A stretch of DNA of 64,000 nt, taken from contig NZ_SBIV01000005.1 of assembly GCF_004765795.1 (NCBI RefSeq), positions 186,001-250,000 of the forward strand, read 5' to 3'. This stretch comes from Halorussus marinus (GTDB lineage Archaea > Halobacteriota > Halobacteria > Halobacteriales > Haladaptataceae). Shown piece by piece: positions 8,513 to 17,720 of the stretch. The notes below the pieces were generated by a model. It worked only from the letters and a program-made list of their open reading frames with translations, was not told the origin of the DNA and searched no databases. How positions within the stretch are numbered: position 1 is the stretch's first letter; each line of letters starts with the position of its first letter. Position numbers and translations under genes: made by a program.

Positions 8513-10114
8513 ATGACCGAACAGAACCTCGCAGGCGAGACGACGGTGCGAGAGCGCGGCGTCGCGAGCGAGCTGTTCTGGCTCGCGCCCGCGGTGCTGT
8601 CGGCGGTCTGTCTCGTCGTCGTCTATCTGGAGACCCACCCGTACCCCTCGTTCGGGGCAGGGCTCTACATGCTCATCGCCGAACGGATCGCCGAGAACGG
8701 GTACGCACTGCCCGAGACCATCCCCTACTACACCGACGAGGGCGTCCCGTTCGCGTACCCGCCGCTGATGTTCTACGTGACCGCGGTGATCCGGGAGCTG
8801 TCGGGCGCCGGTCCGTTCGCGATCAGCCGGGTGATCCCGGGCGTGGTGACCGTCGCGTATCTCGTGCCGCTGTATCTGCTGGCCCGAGACCTGCTCGAGT
8901 CGCGGCCGCAGGCGGCGGTCACCACGCTGATCGTCGCGGTCAGCCCGCCGGTGCTCCGGTGGCACATCTCGGCGGGCGGCATCGTCCGCGCGCCCGCCTT
9001 CCTGTTCGCGCTGTCGGGACTCTACGCGGGACTGCGCCTCTACCGCGACCGCGACAGTCGGTGGGCGGTCCCGTCGCTGGCGCTGTTCGCGCTGACCGCG
9101 CTGACCCATCCCGTCTACACCGTGTTCTTCGCGCTGTCGTACGTCCTGCTGTACCTGCGGTTCGACCGGACCGCGTGGGGGCTCAAGCGCGGGCTAATCG
9201 TCGGAGTCGGCGGCGTCGCCCTCGCCGCCCCGTGGTGGACGCAGGTGATGGCCGCCCACGGCGTCGGGGTGTTCACCGGCGCGGCGGGCACCCACGGCGG
9301 CATCGGCGGCGGCCTGCCGACGGTGTCGGACTTCATGAGCGTCGACATATCGATGGTGGAGATGCTCTGGCAGGCGATTCCGCTCGCGGGGCTCTTCTAC
9401 CTGCTCCGGGAGCGTCGGTACTTCCTGCCGGCGTGGTTCCTCGGGGTCACCGTGACGCTCGGTAAGCCCCGGTTCTCGTTACTCGTCGGCGCGTTCGTCG
9501 TGGCGGTGCTCCTGATCGAGGGCGTCGGCGGATGGCTGGCTCGCGGCTCCGGACCCGCGGTCGGGAGTCGGAGCGTCGTCACGGTCGCGCTCGTCGTGCT
9601 CGCGGCGGTCGGGGTCGCGTCCGGCGCGATGTACGTCTCCGGCGAGGTGAACGCTCACTCGGGCAGTCCCTCGCTCCCCCAGTTCGTCGACGGGACCGAC
9701 GAGGCGGCGATGGCGTGGGTCGAGCGCTCGACCGCCCCCGACGCCACCTTCGTCGTGCAGGGCGACGCCGCCGAGTGGTTCCCCCAGCAGACACACCGGA
9801 CGATGCTCGTCGGGCCGTGGGGCGTCGAGTGGAAGGGCGACGAGCCCTACACCCGACAGCTGGAGCTGTTTCGGGACGTCTCCTCGTGCAACAGCGCCCA
9901 GTGTATGACCGCGACGCTGTCGACCGCGGGGGTGAGCCCCGACTACGTCTACCTCCCGAAGGGCCGGTTTACGGTCCGTGGGATGGAGTTCCAGCGAACG
10001 AGCCAGCTGGCGATGTCGATGCATCTCTCGCCGCGCTACGAGATCGTCTTCGAGAACGACGGCGTCATCGTCTTCGAGACGCTGGACGACGCCGACGGCG
10101 GCGGCCCGGCGTGA
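8513..10114 (+). CDS. GT-C (ArnT/PMT-like) integral membrane glycosyltransferase
   Basis: Multi-TM protein with PFAYPPL and C-terminal extracellular domain (EWFP, FENDGV). Confidence 0.7.
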   Translation: MTEQNLAGETTVRERGVASELFWLAPAVLSAVCLVVVYLETHPYPSFGAGLYMLIAERIAENGYALPETIPYYTDEGVPFAYPPLMFYVTAVIRELSGAGPFAISRVIPGVVTVAYLVPLYLLARDLLESRPQAAVTTLIVAVSPPVLRWHISAGGIVRAPAFLFALSGLYAGLRLYRDRDSRWAVPSLALFALTALTHPVYTVFFALSYVLLYLRFDRTAWGLKRGLIVGVGGVALAAPWWTQVMAAHGVGVFTGAAGTHGGIGGGLPTVSDFMSVDISMVEMLWQAIPLAGLFYLLRERRYFLPAWFLGVTVTLGKPRFSLLVGAFVVAVLLIEGVGGWLARGSGPAVGSRSVVTVALVVLAAVGVASGAMYVSGEVNAHSGSPSLPQFVDGTDEAAMAWVERSTAPDATFVVQGDAAEWFPQQTHRTMLVGPWGVEWKGDEPYTRQLELFRDVSSCNSAQCMTATLSTAGVSPDYVYLPKGRFTVRGMEFQRTSQLAMSMHLSPRYEIVFENDGVIVFETLDDADGGGPA

Positions 10115-10133
10115 CGGCGGCGCGCGGCCGCGC

Positions 10134-11297
10134 TCAGAACAGCGGGTCGAGTTCGCCGTCCTCGTCTTCGATGAGGTCGGTCGTCTGCTCGTCGCTCTCG
10201 GCCCGGAGCTCGTCGATGTTGTCCTGGGCCTCGATCGCGACCGACTGGAGTTCGTCGACCCGCGGCACCTCCGAGACGCCCGACAGCAAGACGACGCCCG
10301 CGACGTGGTCGGCGTCTCCGACCGGGTAGTCGCCGCCCCGGACCTCCATCGACTCGGTCTCGCGTTCGAGCCACTTGCGGCTCTTCTCGATCCCCTTCCG
10401 ATTGAGGTACCGAGAGGGGCCGCTGGCGACGAACAGCGACCGCTCGGCGCTCTCGATCTCGCAGGGTAGGGTGAGCCGACCGAGCGCCGCCTTCCGGACG
10501 AGGCTGGTGAGCCGGTTGGTGGCGTGGGTCGCGTCGACGCCGTCGTCGCTCGTGAACCGCGAGAGCAGGCCGGTGTCGTTGTCGACCGCCTCGGCGGCGT
10601 AGCCGACGGTCGAGACGCCGCCGGTCGAGAGCGTGTTGATGATCTCGCTCGAATCGACGACGCTCTCGCCGACCTCGCCGCCGTCGCCGACTTCGCCCGC
10701 GCCGAACAGGATGCCGAACCGTCGGACGATCTCCTCGTTGATCCGGTCGTAGCCCGACCCCATGCTCTCGCCGGACTCGCGCCACGCGTCGTTGTCGAAC
10801 ACCAGCAGATTGTCGACCTCGCGGGTGAACGTCTGGAACGACCGGGCGGCGTTCAGGGTGTAGATGCCGCCCTCGTCGCGGGCCGGCAGGACGCCCAGCC
10901 CGTACACAGGTTCGGTGTAGATCCGTTTGAGGTACTTCGCGAGGACGGGCGCGCCGCCCGACCCGGTGCCCCCGCCCATCCCCGCGACGATCAGGAACGC
11001 GTCGATGTCGTGGATCGGGACGTTGTCGATGGCGCTCTGGACCTCGTCGATGTCCTCTTCGGCCAGTTCGGCGCCGAGTTCGTTGTCGGCGCCGACGCCG
11101 TGGCCTTTCACCCGCGACTGGCCGATCAGGACCTGATTGTCCTCGGGGACGTACTCCAGTCCCATCAGGTCGGCCTTCGCGGTGTTGACCGCGACCGCCG
11201 AACGGACGGCCTGACTCCCGGTCCGTCGGTCGTACTCGATGAACTTGTCGACGATCTTCCCGCCGGCCTGCCCGAAGCCGATCATCGCGAGTTTCAC
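10134..11297 (-). CDS. cetZ: Tubulin/FtsZ superfamily CetZ protein
   Basis: KLAMIGFGQAGGKI, AVNTAKADL, GGGTGSG tubulin signature, VDSSEIINTL; GTG start. Confidence 0.92.
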   Translation of the reverse strand: MKLAMIGFGQAGGKIVDKFIEYDRRTGSQAVRSAVAVNTAKADLMGLEYVPEDNQVLIGQSRVKGHGVGADNELGAELAEEDIDEVQSAIDNVPIHDIDAFLIVAGMGGGTGSGGAPVLAKYLKRIYTEPVYGLGVLPARDEGGIYTLNAARSFQTFTREVDNLLVFDNDAWRESGESMGSGYDRINEEIVRRFGILFGAGEVGDGGEVGESVVDSSEIINTLSTGGVSTVGYAAEAVDNDTGLLSRFTSDDGVDATHATNRLTSLVRKAALGRLTLPCEIESAERSLFVASGPSRYLNRKGIEKSRKWLERETESMEVRGGDYPVGDADHVAGVVLLSGVSEVPRVDELQSVAIEAQDNIDELRAESDEQTTDLIEDEDGELDPLF

Positions 11298-11599
11298 GCC
11301 GACCACCCCCGCGCGGTCAACGGACTCCTGTCGATCGGGTGGACGCCGCCTGCGGTCGATACACGCGCCCCGTACTGAGTGATACTCATTCCGTAGCCCC
11401 CGAACTCCGGGACCACGCCCCGCGGTATAAATCCTCAGTACGGTTTTGCCCCGCGAGCCGGGGCGCCGTCTCACAGGTCCGACGTAACCCGAGTAGGGTC
11501 GGCCGACGGTCGACCGACGCCGCGGCTCGCCCCGGCCGCCCGACCGCCGGCTTCGCGTTGCGCCCGCCAGTGGGACCTCGGATCGGACGTAGGCGGGGC

Positions 11600-12133
11600 T
11601 TATCCGTCGCCGAGTCGGTACGCGTCGACTTCCTCGCCCGTCCCCGTGTCGCGCTCGGCCGCGGTGTCGAGCGCGTCCCGAAGGAGTCGTTCGCCCGCGT
11701 CGAGATCGACGTTCCGGTCCGCGCCGTCGAGGATGCCGACCGCGAACTGCGCGCCGCTCCCGAGCGCCGCCGTCGGATCGGTGCGGACGCCGCCGTCGGC
11801 GCCGATCGCCCGGATCCGGGGGACGCCGTCCTCGTCGCGGGCCGCGACGACCGCCTCGACGCCGAGTTCGCCGGCGAGGTCGGACGCGACGCTGGCGAGG
11901 CGGGTGAGAGCCATGGGGTCGCCGTCCCGGGTCTCGTGGTCGCGTACCTCCGACCGGAGCCGGCGCTCGAACTCCTCGACGTCACCGCCGTCGCCGACGG
12001 CCGCCGCCCCGACCTCGTCGAAGTCGAAGACGTAGCGCTCGTTTTCGGTCTCGACGGTGCCGCCCTCGCTCCGGAGCCGGTCGCCCGCGAGGACCGCGCC
12101 CCCGTCCACTTCGACGCCGAGAATCGTAGCCAT
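11600..12133 (-). CDS. Proteasome beta-subunit-like Ntn-fold protein (probably inactive)
   Basis: MATILGVEVDGGAVLAGDR ... AALGSGAQFAVGIL ... AAERDTGTG. Confidence 0.8.
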   Translation of the reverse strand: MATILGVEVDGGAVLAGDRLRSEGGTVETENERYVFDFDEVGAAAVGDGGDVEEFERRLRSEVRDHETRDGDPMALTRLASVASDLAGELGVEAVVAARDEDGVPRIRAIGADGGVRTDPTAALGSGAQFAVGILDGADRNVDLDAGERLLRDALDTAAERDTGTGEEVDAYRLGDG

Positions 12134-12284
12134 ACAGACCCGTTCGTCGGCGTCGGGCAAGTGCGTTGTTGCCGACCGTCCGGCTTGCGGGACCGTCGTC
12201 CGGATCGGGGACCTGCCGGACGGCGATCGATCCGACGCCTGCAGACCCGCAAAGCGGCCTCGCTTGCCGGAAGATACATATCTA

Positions 12285-12300
12285 AGTTGTAAATACAACT
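12285..12300. promoter_or_regulatory. Operator-like inverted repeat
   Basis: agttgta-aa-tacaact, 10 bp before ATG 12311. Confidence 0.55.
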
Positions 12301-12310
12301 GGTGGGATAC

Positions 12311-13069
12311 ATGTCGACGGCGACGATCCGCGGTACCATCTCCGGGCTCGGCCGGCGGGCGAACCCCGCCTTTGCGGTGGCGGTGGTCTTCGTCCCGCTG
12401 GCGGCGCTCGGCTACGCCGTGACGGTCGCATCGATCCAACAACACACCTACGTCCACGTCATGACGGGCGTGCTCTGGACCGGCATCGACATCTTCATCG
12501 GCGCGGTGCTGGGTCCGGTCGTCGGCGGCCTCGACGACGAGCAAAGCGCCGCGGTGTTCCGGCGGCTCACTCCAAAGACCGCGTTCTTGCTCCCGTCGCT
12601 GGCGTTCGTCACCATCGCGGGCGGCATCACGCTGGCCCAGCGCATCGGAATGTTCCCCCACGCCGAGCCGTGGCTCGCGCTGTTCACCGCCGCGAACCTC
12701 CTCCCGATCCTGCTACTGCTCGGCCGGCGCCTCGACGCCTACGGCGACCGGCGGTGGCAGGCGGCGTTCGCGCTCGCGGCGGTCGGATCGCTCTCGTGGG
12801 TCGGGGTCACCGTCGGCGACCTCCAGATGACCACCCCGACGATCGCGGTCGCGCTCGGCATCGTGACGATCCTCTCGGTTCAGGGCTTTGGCTTCCTGAT
12901 GCCGGGCGAACTCCGGATGTACCGGGAGATGAAGTCGGCGAACCCCGACCCCTCGATCATCGCCGCTATCGGCAAGCAAAACGCGATGCTCGGGGGTGTC
13001 CAGGGGCTCTTCCAGTTGCTTCTCATCCTCGATATGGTGTATCTCCGGTACGGCGGCTTCCCGTTCTGA
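12311..13069 (+). CDS. Integral membrane protein (CopD-like first helices)
   Basis: About 7 TM segments; HVMTGVLWTG motif. Confidence 0.7.
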   Translation: MSTATIRGTISGLGRRANPAFAVAVVFVPLAALGYAVTVASIQQHTYVHVMTGVLWTGIDIFIGAVLGPVVGGLDDEQSAAVFRRLTPKTAFLLPSLAFVTIAGGITLAQRIGMFPHAEPWLALFTAANLLPILLLLGRRLDAYGDRRWQAAFALAAVGSLSWVGVTVGDLQMTTPTIAVALGIVTILSVQGFGFLMPGELRMYREMKSANPDPSIIAAIGKQNAMLGGVQGLFQLLLILDMVYLRYGGFPF

Positions 13070-13086
13070 GGGCGTTGGCGGGCGGG

Positions 13087-13389
13087 CTACAGCATCGCAC
13101 CCGCGACGCCGAGCGCGAACGCGACCGCCGCGAGCGCGACGAGGCGGGCGTTCGCACCGTCGCGACTCGGCTCGCGGTCGCCGTCCGTCCCGAACGACCG
13201 CCACCCGAGCAGGATCCCCGCGCCGATCCCGATCGCGGCGAGCGACCCGACCGCGCCGGCGAGCGCCGCGAGGTCGGCGACCGATCCGACGCCGGTCCCG
13301 AGCGCGTCGAGCGCCGACTCGCCCGTCGTCCCGAGGAGCGCGAGGCCGGTGAGGAGGGGCGCGATCCCGACCGCATTTCGTGACTCCAT
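13087..13389 (-). CDS. Small membrane protein
   Basis: MESRNAVG..., three hydrophobic segments. Confidence 0.6.
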   Translation of the reverse strand: MESRNAVGIAPLLTGLALLGTTGESALDALGTGVGSVADLAALAGAVGSLAAIGIGAGILLGWRSFGTDGDREPSRDGANARLVALAAVAFALGVAGAML

Positions 13390-13486
13390 GCTAACACGTT
13401 CCCGCCCCGGCGGGGAAAGCGTTGGGGTCGACCTTTCGACGCACGAACCAGAATCCCCTTTCACCTCCGGTCCCTAGGGTCGGGCG

Positions 13487-14767
13487 ATGGACGACACCGG
13501 ACGCCTCTCCCGGCGGCAGTTCGCCAAGGCCGCGGTCGCCATCGGCGGCGCGTCGGCGCTCTCGGCGTGTCTGAGCCGTTCGGACTCGCCCGACGTGCCG
13601 GCCGGCCCCGAGGACCTCTCGTCGGTGCCCGCCCGCCAGCACGCGTGGAGCGACGCGCTGGCGACCGACGACCACGGCAACGACCGCCCGCCGCGCCACC
13701 ACGTCCTGCTGTTGCTGGACTACGCCGGCGACGGCGAGCCGACCGACGCCGACCGCGAGACGGCCGCGTCGGCGTTCGAGAGCCTCGAACGCGCCTACGC
13801 CCGGCGCCACGACGGCCTGCTTTTCACCGTCGGCTACTCGCCGTCGTACTTCGAGCGGTTCGACACCGACCTCCCCGAGTCGGTCGACCTCCCCGAACCG
13901 GGACCGCTCGCCCCGTTCGAGGACCCCGAACCAGACACCCGCGACGCCGCGGTCCACCTCGCCAGCGACCACCCGTCGGTCGTGCTGGCGGCCGAGGAGG
14001 CGCTGGTCGGCGAGGCGTCGTCGGCCAACGGCGTCGAGATGGCCGCCGACCTCTCGGGGGTGTTCGACCGGGGCGACCGCCGGACGGGGTTCGTCGGCGA
14101 CGGCCTGCCCGCCGACAATCAGGACGTCCGGGGCGTCCCCGACTCCGAGCCGGTGCCCGAGGACTCGCCGCTCTACATGGGGTTCAAGTCGGGGTTCGAG
14201 AAGTCTCAGGCCTCCGAGGACCGGGTCACGATCGAGTCCGGGCCGTTCGCCGGCGGGACGACGATGCACGCCTCCCGGATCCGGCTCCAGCTCCAGCAGT
14301 GGTACGAGCAAGACAGCCGGGACCAGCGCGTGGGCAAGATGTTCTGCCCGGTCCACGCCGAGGAGGGCCTCGTGGAGGGGCCGGGCGACAACCTCGGTAC
14401 CTCCGCCGGGATGGACGAGCGGGGCTGTCCCGCCCACGCCACCGACCACGCCCGCGAGAAGGGGATGGTCGGCCACTCCCAGAAGTCCGCCCGCGCCCGT
14501 GAGGACGGCGACCCGATCATCCTCCGGCGGGACTTCGACTCGACCGACGACGACGAGGCCGGTCTCCACTTCGTCTCGCTCCACCGCTCGATCGCCGACT
14601 TCGTGGACACCCGCGAGGCGATGAACGGCACCGACATCGCCGACGAGTCGGCGGTCGGCCAGAAGAACAACAACGGCATCCTCCAGTACATGGAGGTGCT
14701 CCGACGCGGGAACTACCTCGTCCCGCCCCGACAACTGCGTGCGTTGCCGCCGGCGCGACCGGCGTGA
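13487..14767 (+). CDS. Tat lipoprotein, DyP/EfeB-type peroxidase-like
   Basis: SRRQF Tat motif, LSAC lipobox, FTVGYSPSYF, GFKSG, GHS, ILRRDF...GLHFVSL. Confidence 0.7.
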   Translation: MDDTGRLSRRQFAKAAVAIGGASALSACLSRSDSPDVPAGPEDLSSVPARQHAWSDALATDDHGNDRPPRHHVLLLLDYAGDGEPTDADRETAASAFESLERAYARRHDGLLFTVGYSPSYFERFDTDLPESVDLPEPGPLAPFEDPEPDTRDAAVHLASDHPSVVLAAEEALVGEASSANGVEMAADLSGVFDRGDRRTGFVGDGLPADNQDVRGVPDSEPVPEDSPLYMGFKSGFEKSQASEDRVTIESGPFAGGTTMHASRIRLQLQQWYEQDSRDQRVGKMFCPVHAEEGLVEGPGDNLGTSAGMDERGCPAHATDHAREKGMVGHSQKSARAREDGDPIILRRDFDSTDDDEAGLHFVSLHRSIADFVDTREAMNGTDIADESAVGQKNNNGILQYMEVLRRGNYLVPPRQLRALPPARPA

Positions 14768-14845
14768 GCCGTCCGGCGTCCCCACCATCCGGACACATTG
14801 GCCGCACGCCGAACCTCTTTATCCCCGGACTTCCCACGCACCCTC

Positions 14846-15577
14846 ATGCGCAAAGTGCGATTTCGCGACCCGGCCGGGAGCGTCCGGACCGGCGAGCGGA
14901 CCGACGACGGCGTCGCGTTCGGAAGCCGAACGTACGACGAGAGCGAGGTCGAGATCCTCCCGCCCTGCGAGCCCTCGAAGATCGTCTGCGTCGGGCTGAA
15001 CTACCACGACCACGCCGACGAGCGCGGCAAGGACGTGCCCGACCGGCCCCTGCTCTTTCTCAAGCCGCCGAGCGCGCTGTCGGGCCACGGCGACACCGTC
15101 TCGCTCCCCGACGGGAAAGAGCGCGTCGACCACGAGGCCGAGCTCGCGGTCGTCGTCGGCGAGCAGGCCCGGAACGTCGACGCCGACGAGGCGATGTCGT
15201 ACGTCGAGGGGTTCACCTGCATGAACGACGTCTCGAACCGCGACGATCAGGACCGCGAGCAAAACTGGGTTCGCGGGAAGGCGTTCGACAACTCCGCGCC
15301 GCTCGGCCCCGTCCTCGCGACCCCCGACGAGGTGCCCGACGACGCGAGCGTCGAGCTCCGGGTGAACGGCGAGACCCGCCAGTCGTCCTCGCGGGCGGAG
15401 TTCATCTGGTCGGTCCCGGAACTCCTCGAAGAGATCACGACCTACCTCACGCTCGAACCCGGCGACGTGGTCTCGACCGGGACGCCCGCCGGGGTCGCGC
15501 CGCTGTCGGACGGCGACGAGGTCGAGGTCGAAGTCGAGGGCGTCGGGACCTTGCGCCACGGCGTGCGCTCGGAGTGA
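14846..15577 (+). CDS. Fumarylacetoacetate hydrolase family protein
   Basis: KIVCVGLNY, DHEAEL, NDVSNRD, LEPGDVVSTGTPAG. Confidence 0.92.
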   Translation: MRKVRFRDPAGSVRTGERTDDGVAFGSRTYDESEVEILPPCEPSKIVCVGLNYHDHADERGKDVPDRPLLFLKPPSALSGHGDTVSLPDGKERVDHEAELAVVVGEQARNVDADEAMSYVEGFTCMNDVSNRDDQDREQNWVRGKAFDNSAPLGPVLATPDEVPDDASVELRVNGETRQSSSRAEFIWSVPELLEEITTYLTLEPGDVVSTGTPAGVAPLSDGDEVEVEVEGVGTLRHGVRSE

Positions 15578-15599
15578 GCCGGCGACCCACGCCCGTCGG

Positions 15600-16367
15600 T
15601 CAGCGCCGACTCCCCGCGTAGGACACCTCGATTCGTCCCCAGAGCCGGTAGCTCAGAAGCAGGCCGACCAGCGGACCGAGCCACGAGAGCCCGGTCCGGA
15701 GCAGTCGCCCGAACGGGTTCGGCTCGGTCGTCCGCGCCCCGTAGACCCGATAGTAGCGCCCGTCGTCGACCCGGATCGGCGTCTGCGGGACTTCGATCTC
15801 ACGGGGGGCGACGGCGCGTCCCTCCTGCGCGGCCTCGACCGCGACCGAGGGGGCGTCCGGGCGCTCGGTCGAGGCGTCGATCGAGACGCTCCGGAGCGCC
15901 TCCTCGGCTCCGACCGGTTCGAGCGCGAGGTCGAGCCGATACATCCCGTCCTCGTTGCGCGCCGACCGGTTGGCGACGTAGGCGGTCTCGTAGACGACGC
16001 CGTCGGCCTGCGCGTAGCCGTATGGCTCTATCGGGACCGAGTGGCTCGTCCCCGGATTGCTGGTGTAGATCTCGGAGGGGACCGTGTTGTTCGACGCGAG
16101 GTACTGCTCGAACACGCAGGGTCGGACCGCCCACGCGGTCGTGCAGGCGATCTCGTCGCTGACAGACGCCCCGAGCGGGACGCCCGTGTCGTTCGCGTAC
16201 GCGATTCCACTTTCGTCGTCGATCACGACCTCGGCGCGCTCGTAGACGTACGTCTCCGCGCCGAGGCTCGTCGCGGTGAGCCACAGCGGCGCCGTCAGTA
16301 ACGCGAGCGCGAGGATCGCGAGGAGCGCGTCTCGCTGGAGGGTCGAGAGGCGGCGTTCGGCGGGCAC
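15600..16367 (-). CDS. Membrane-anchored hypothetical protein
   Basis: N- and C-terminal TM helices flanking an extracellular domain. Confidence 0.65.
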   Translation of the reverse strand: MPAERRLSTLQRDALLAILALALLTAPLWLTATSLGAETYVYERAEVVIDDESGIAYANDTGVPLGASVSDEIACTTAWAVRPCVFEQYLASNNTVPSEIYTSNPGTSHSVPIEPYGYAQADGVVYETAYVANRSARNEDGMYRLDLALEPVGAEEALRSVSIDASTERPDAPSVAVEAAQEGRAVAPREIEVPQTPIRVDDGRYYRVYGARTTEPNPFGRLLRTGLSWLGPLVGLLLSYRLWGRIEVSYAGSRR

Positions 16368-16467
16368 GTTCGAACGACGGTGGTCGGGCGCCCAAGTAAC
16401 TTCCCGAACTCATCCGGTTTCGACGCGCGTACCAGAATCCGTATTTCCCCGAGGCCGCTACGCTCGG

Positions 16468-17535
16468 ATGATGGACAGACGCGACCTACTGGCCGCCGGC
16501 GCGGCGCTCGGGACAGCGGGGCTCGCCGGCTGTGCCGGGCTCTTCGAGACCCAATCGGCCCGGCGCGGGCAGTTCACGACCGTCGAGGACCGCGGGCCGC
16601 AGGTGTATCATCCCACCCACAGCGACGGCATGACGATGATCGGATCGGGCACCAACGGCCGGTATCGGCTCGGGCTGATGTACAGCTACGCCCACGCCTT
16701 CTGGACGATTACCGGCTCGGACACCAACCGCGCCGACGTGGGCGACGAGGAGACCGTCCACCTGATGGCGACCGTCTGGGACGACGAGACCGGCACCGTC
16801 CTGCCGAGCGCGAACGTCTCCGCGGAGGTGCTGAAGGGGGGCGAGACCGTCGACTCGCGGAGCCTCTGGCCGATGCTCTCGCAGAACATGGGGTATCACT
16901 TCGGGGACAACATGGTCCTCGACGGCGACGGCACCTACACCGCCCGGATCGAGGTGGGCGCGATGCAGGCCCGCCGACTGGGCGCGCTCCGGGACGCTTT
17001 CGACGAGGGGGCGACGATCGAGGTCGAGTTCGACCACGAGCGCTCGACGATCGGCGACCTGCCCTACGAGGAGTTCCCCGACGAGAAGGGGAACGCCGGG
17101 GCGCTCGATCCCGCGGAGATGGACGCCCCGATCGCGCAGGTCCCCGAACCCGACGCGCTCCCCGGGACGGTGCTCGGATCGGCGACCAGCGGCGACGCCG
17201 AGTTCGTCGCGTTCCGCCCGGACGACGCCCCCGAGTTCGTCGACGGCGGGGCGTACCTCGCGGTGTCGCCCCGGACGCCGTACAACCGCTATCCGCTGCC
17301 GTTCATGGGGTTGGCGGGGACCCTCTCGCGGGGCGGCGAGACCCTGTTCGAGGACAGATTCGAACCCGCGGTCGGTCCCGAGATCGGCTATCACTACGGC
17401 GCGGGCGTCGAGGCCGTCGAGTCGGGCGACTCGCTCGCGCTGGCGGTCAACACCCCGCCGGGAGTCGCGCGCCACGAGGGCTACGAGACCGCGTTCATCG
17501 ACATGCCCGAGATGGACCTGACGCTCGAAGCCTGA
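16468..17535 (+). CDS. Tat lipoprotein with two P19/Tp34-like (Fe/Cu-binding) domains
   Basis: DRRDLL...LAGC; VHLMA, WPMLSQNMGYHFGDN, second GYHYGA. Confidence 0.7.
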   Translation: MMDRRDLLAAGAALGTAGLAGCAGLFETQSARRGQFTTVEDRGPQVYHPTHSDGMTMIGSGTNGRYRLGLMYSYAHAFWTITGSDTNRADVGDEETVHLMATVWDDETGTVLPSANVSAEVLKGGETVDSRSLWPMLSQNMGYHFGDNMVLDGDGTYTARIEVGAMQARRLGALRDAFDEGATIEVEFDHERSTIGDLPYEEFPDEKGNAGALDPAEMDAPIAQVPEPDALPGTVLGSATSGDAEFVAFRPDDAPEFVDGGAYLAVSPRTPYNRYPLPFMGLAGTLSRGGETLFEDRFEPAVGPEIGYHYGAGVEAVESGDSLALAVNTPPGVARHEGYETAFIDMPEMDLTLEA

Positions 17536-17653
17536 TCGGTAGGCGTTCGGCGTAGTCGTCTCTGGATATGACCGCGTCTCGCGCCGGCGTCGATGGCCGA
17601 ACCGACCCGGGCGCGGCGACGCCGGCGGTCTCGGCTCGGACGGGCGCCAATAA

Positions 17654-17672
17654 ATAGGCAATATTTGCCTAT
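17654..17672. promoter_or_regulatory. Operator-like inverted repeat upstream of the phn operon
   Basis: ataggcaa-tat-ttgcctat in an AT-rich promoter region. Confidence 0.6.
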
Positions 17673-17720
17673 AAGAAAAGAAGAAATTGCACATTCATTG
17701 CAACCCCGGTGGGGGTTCCG

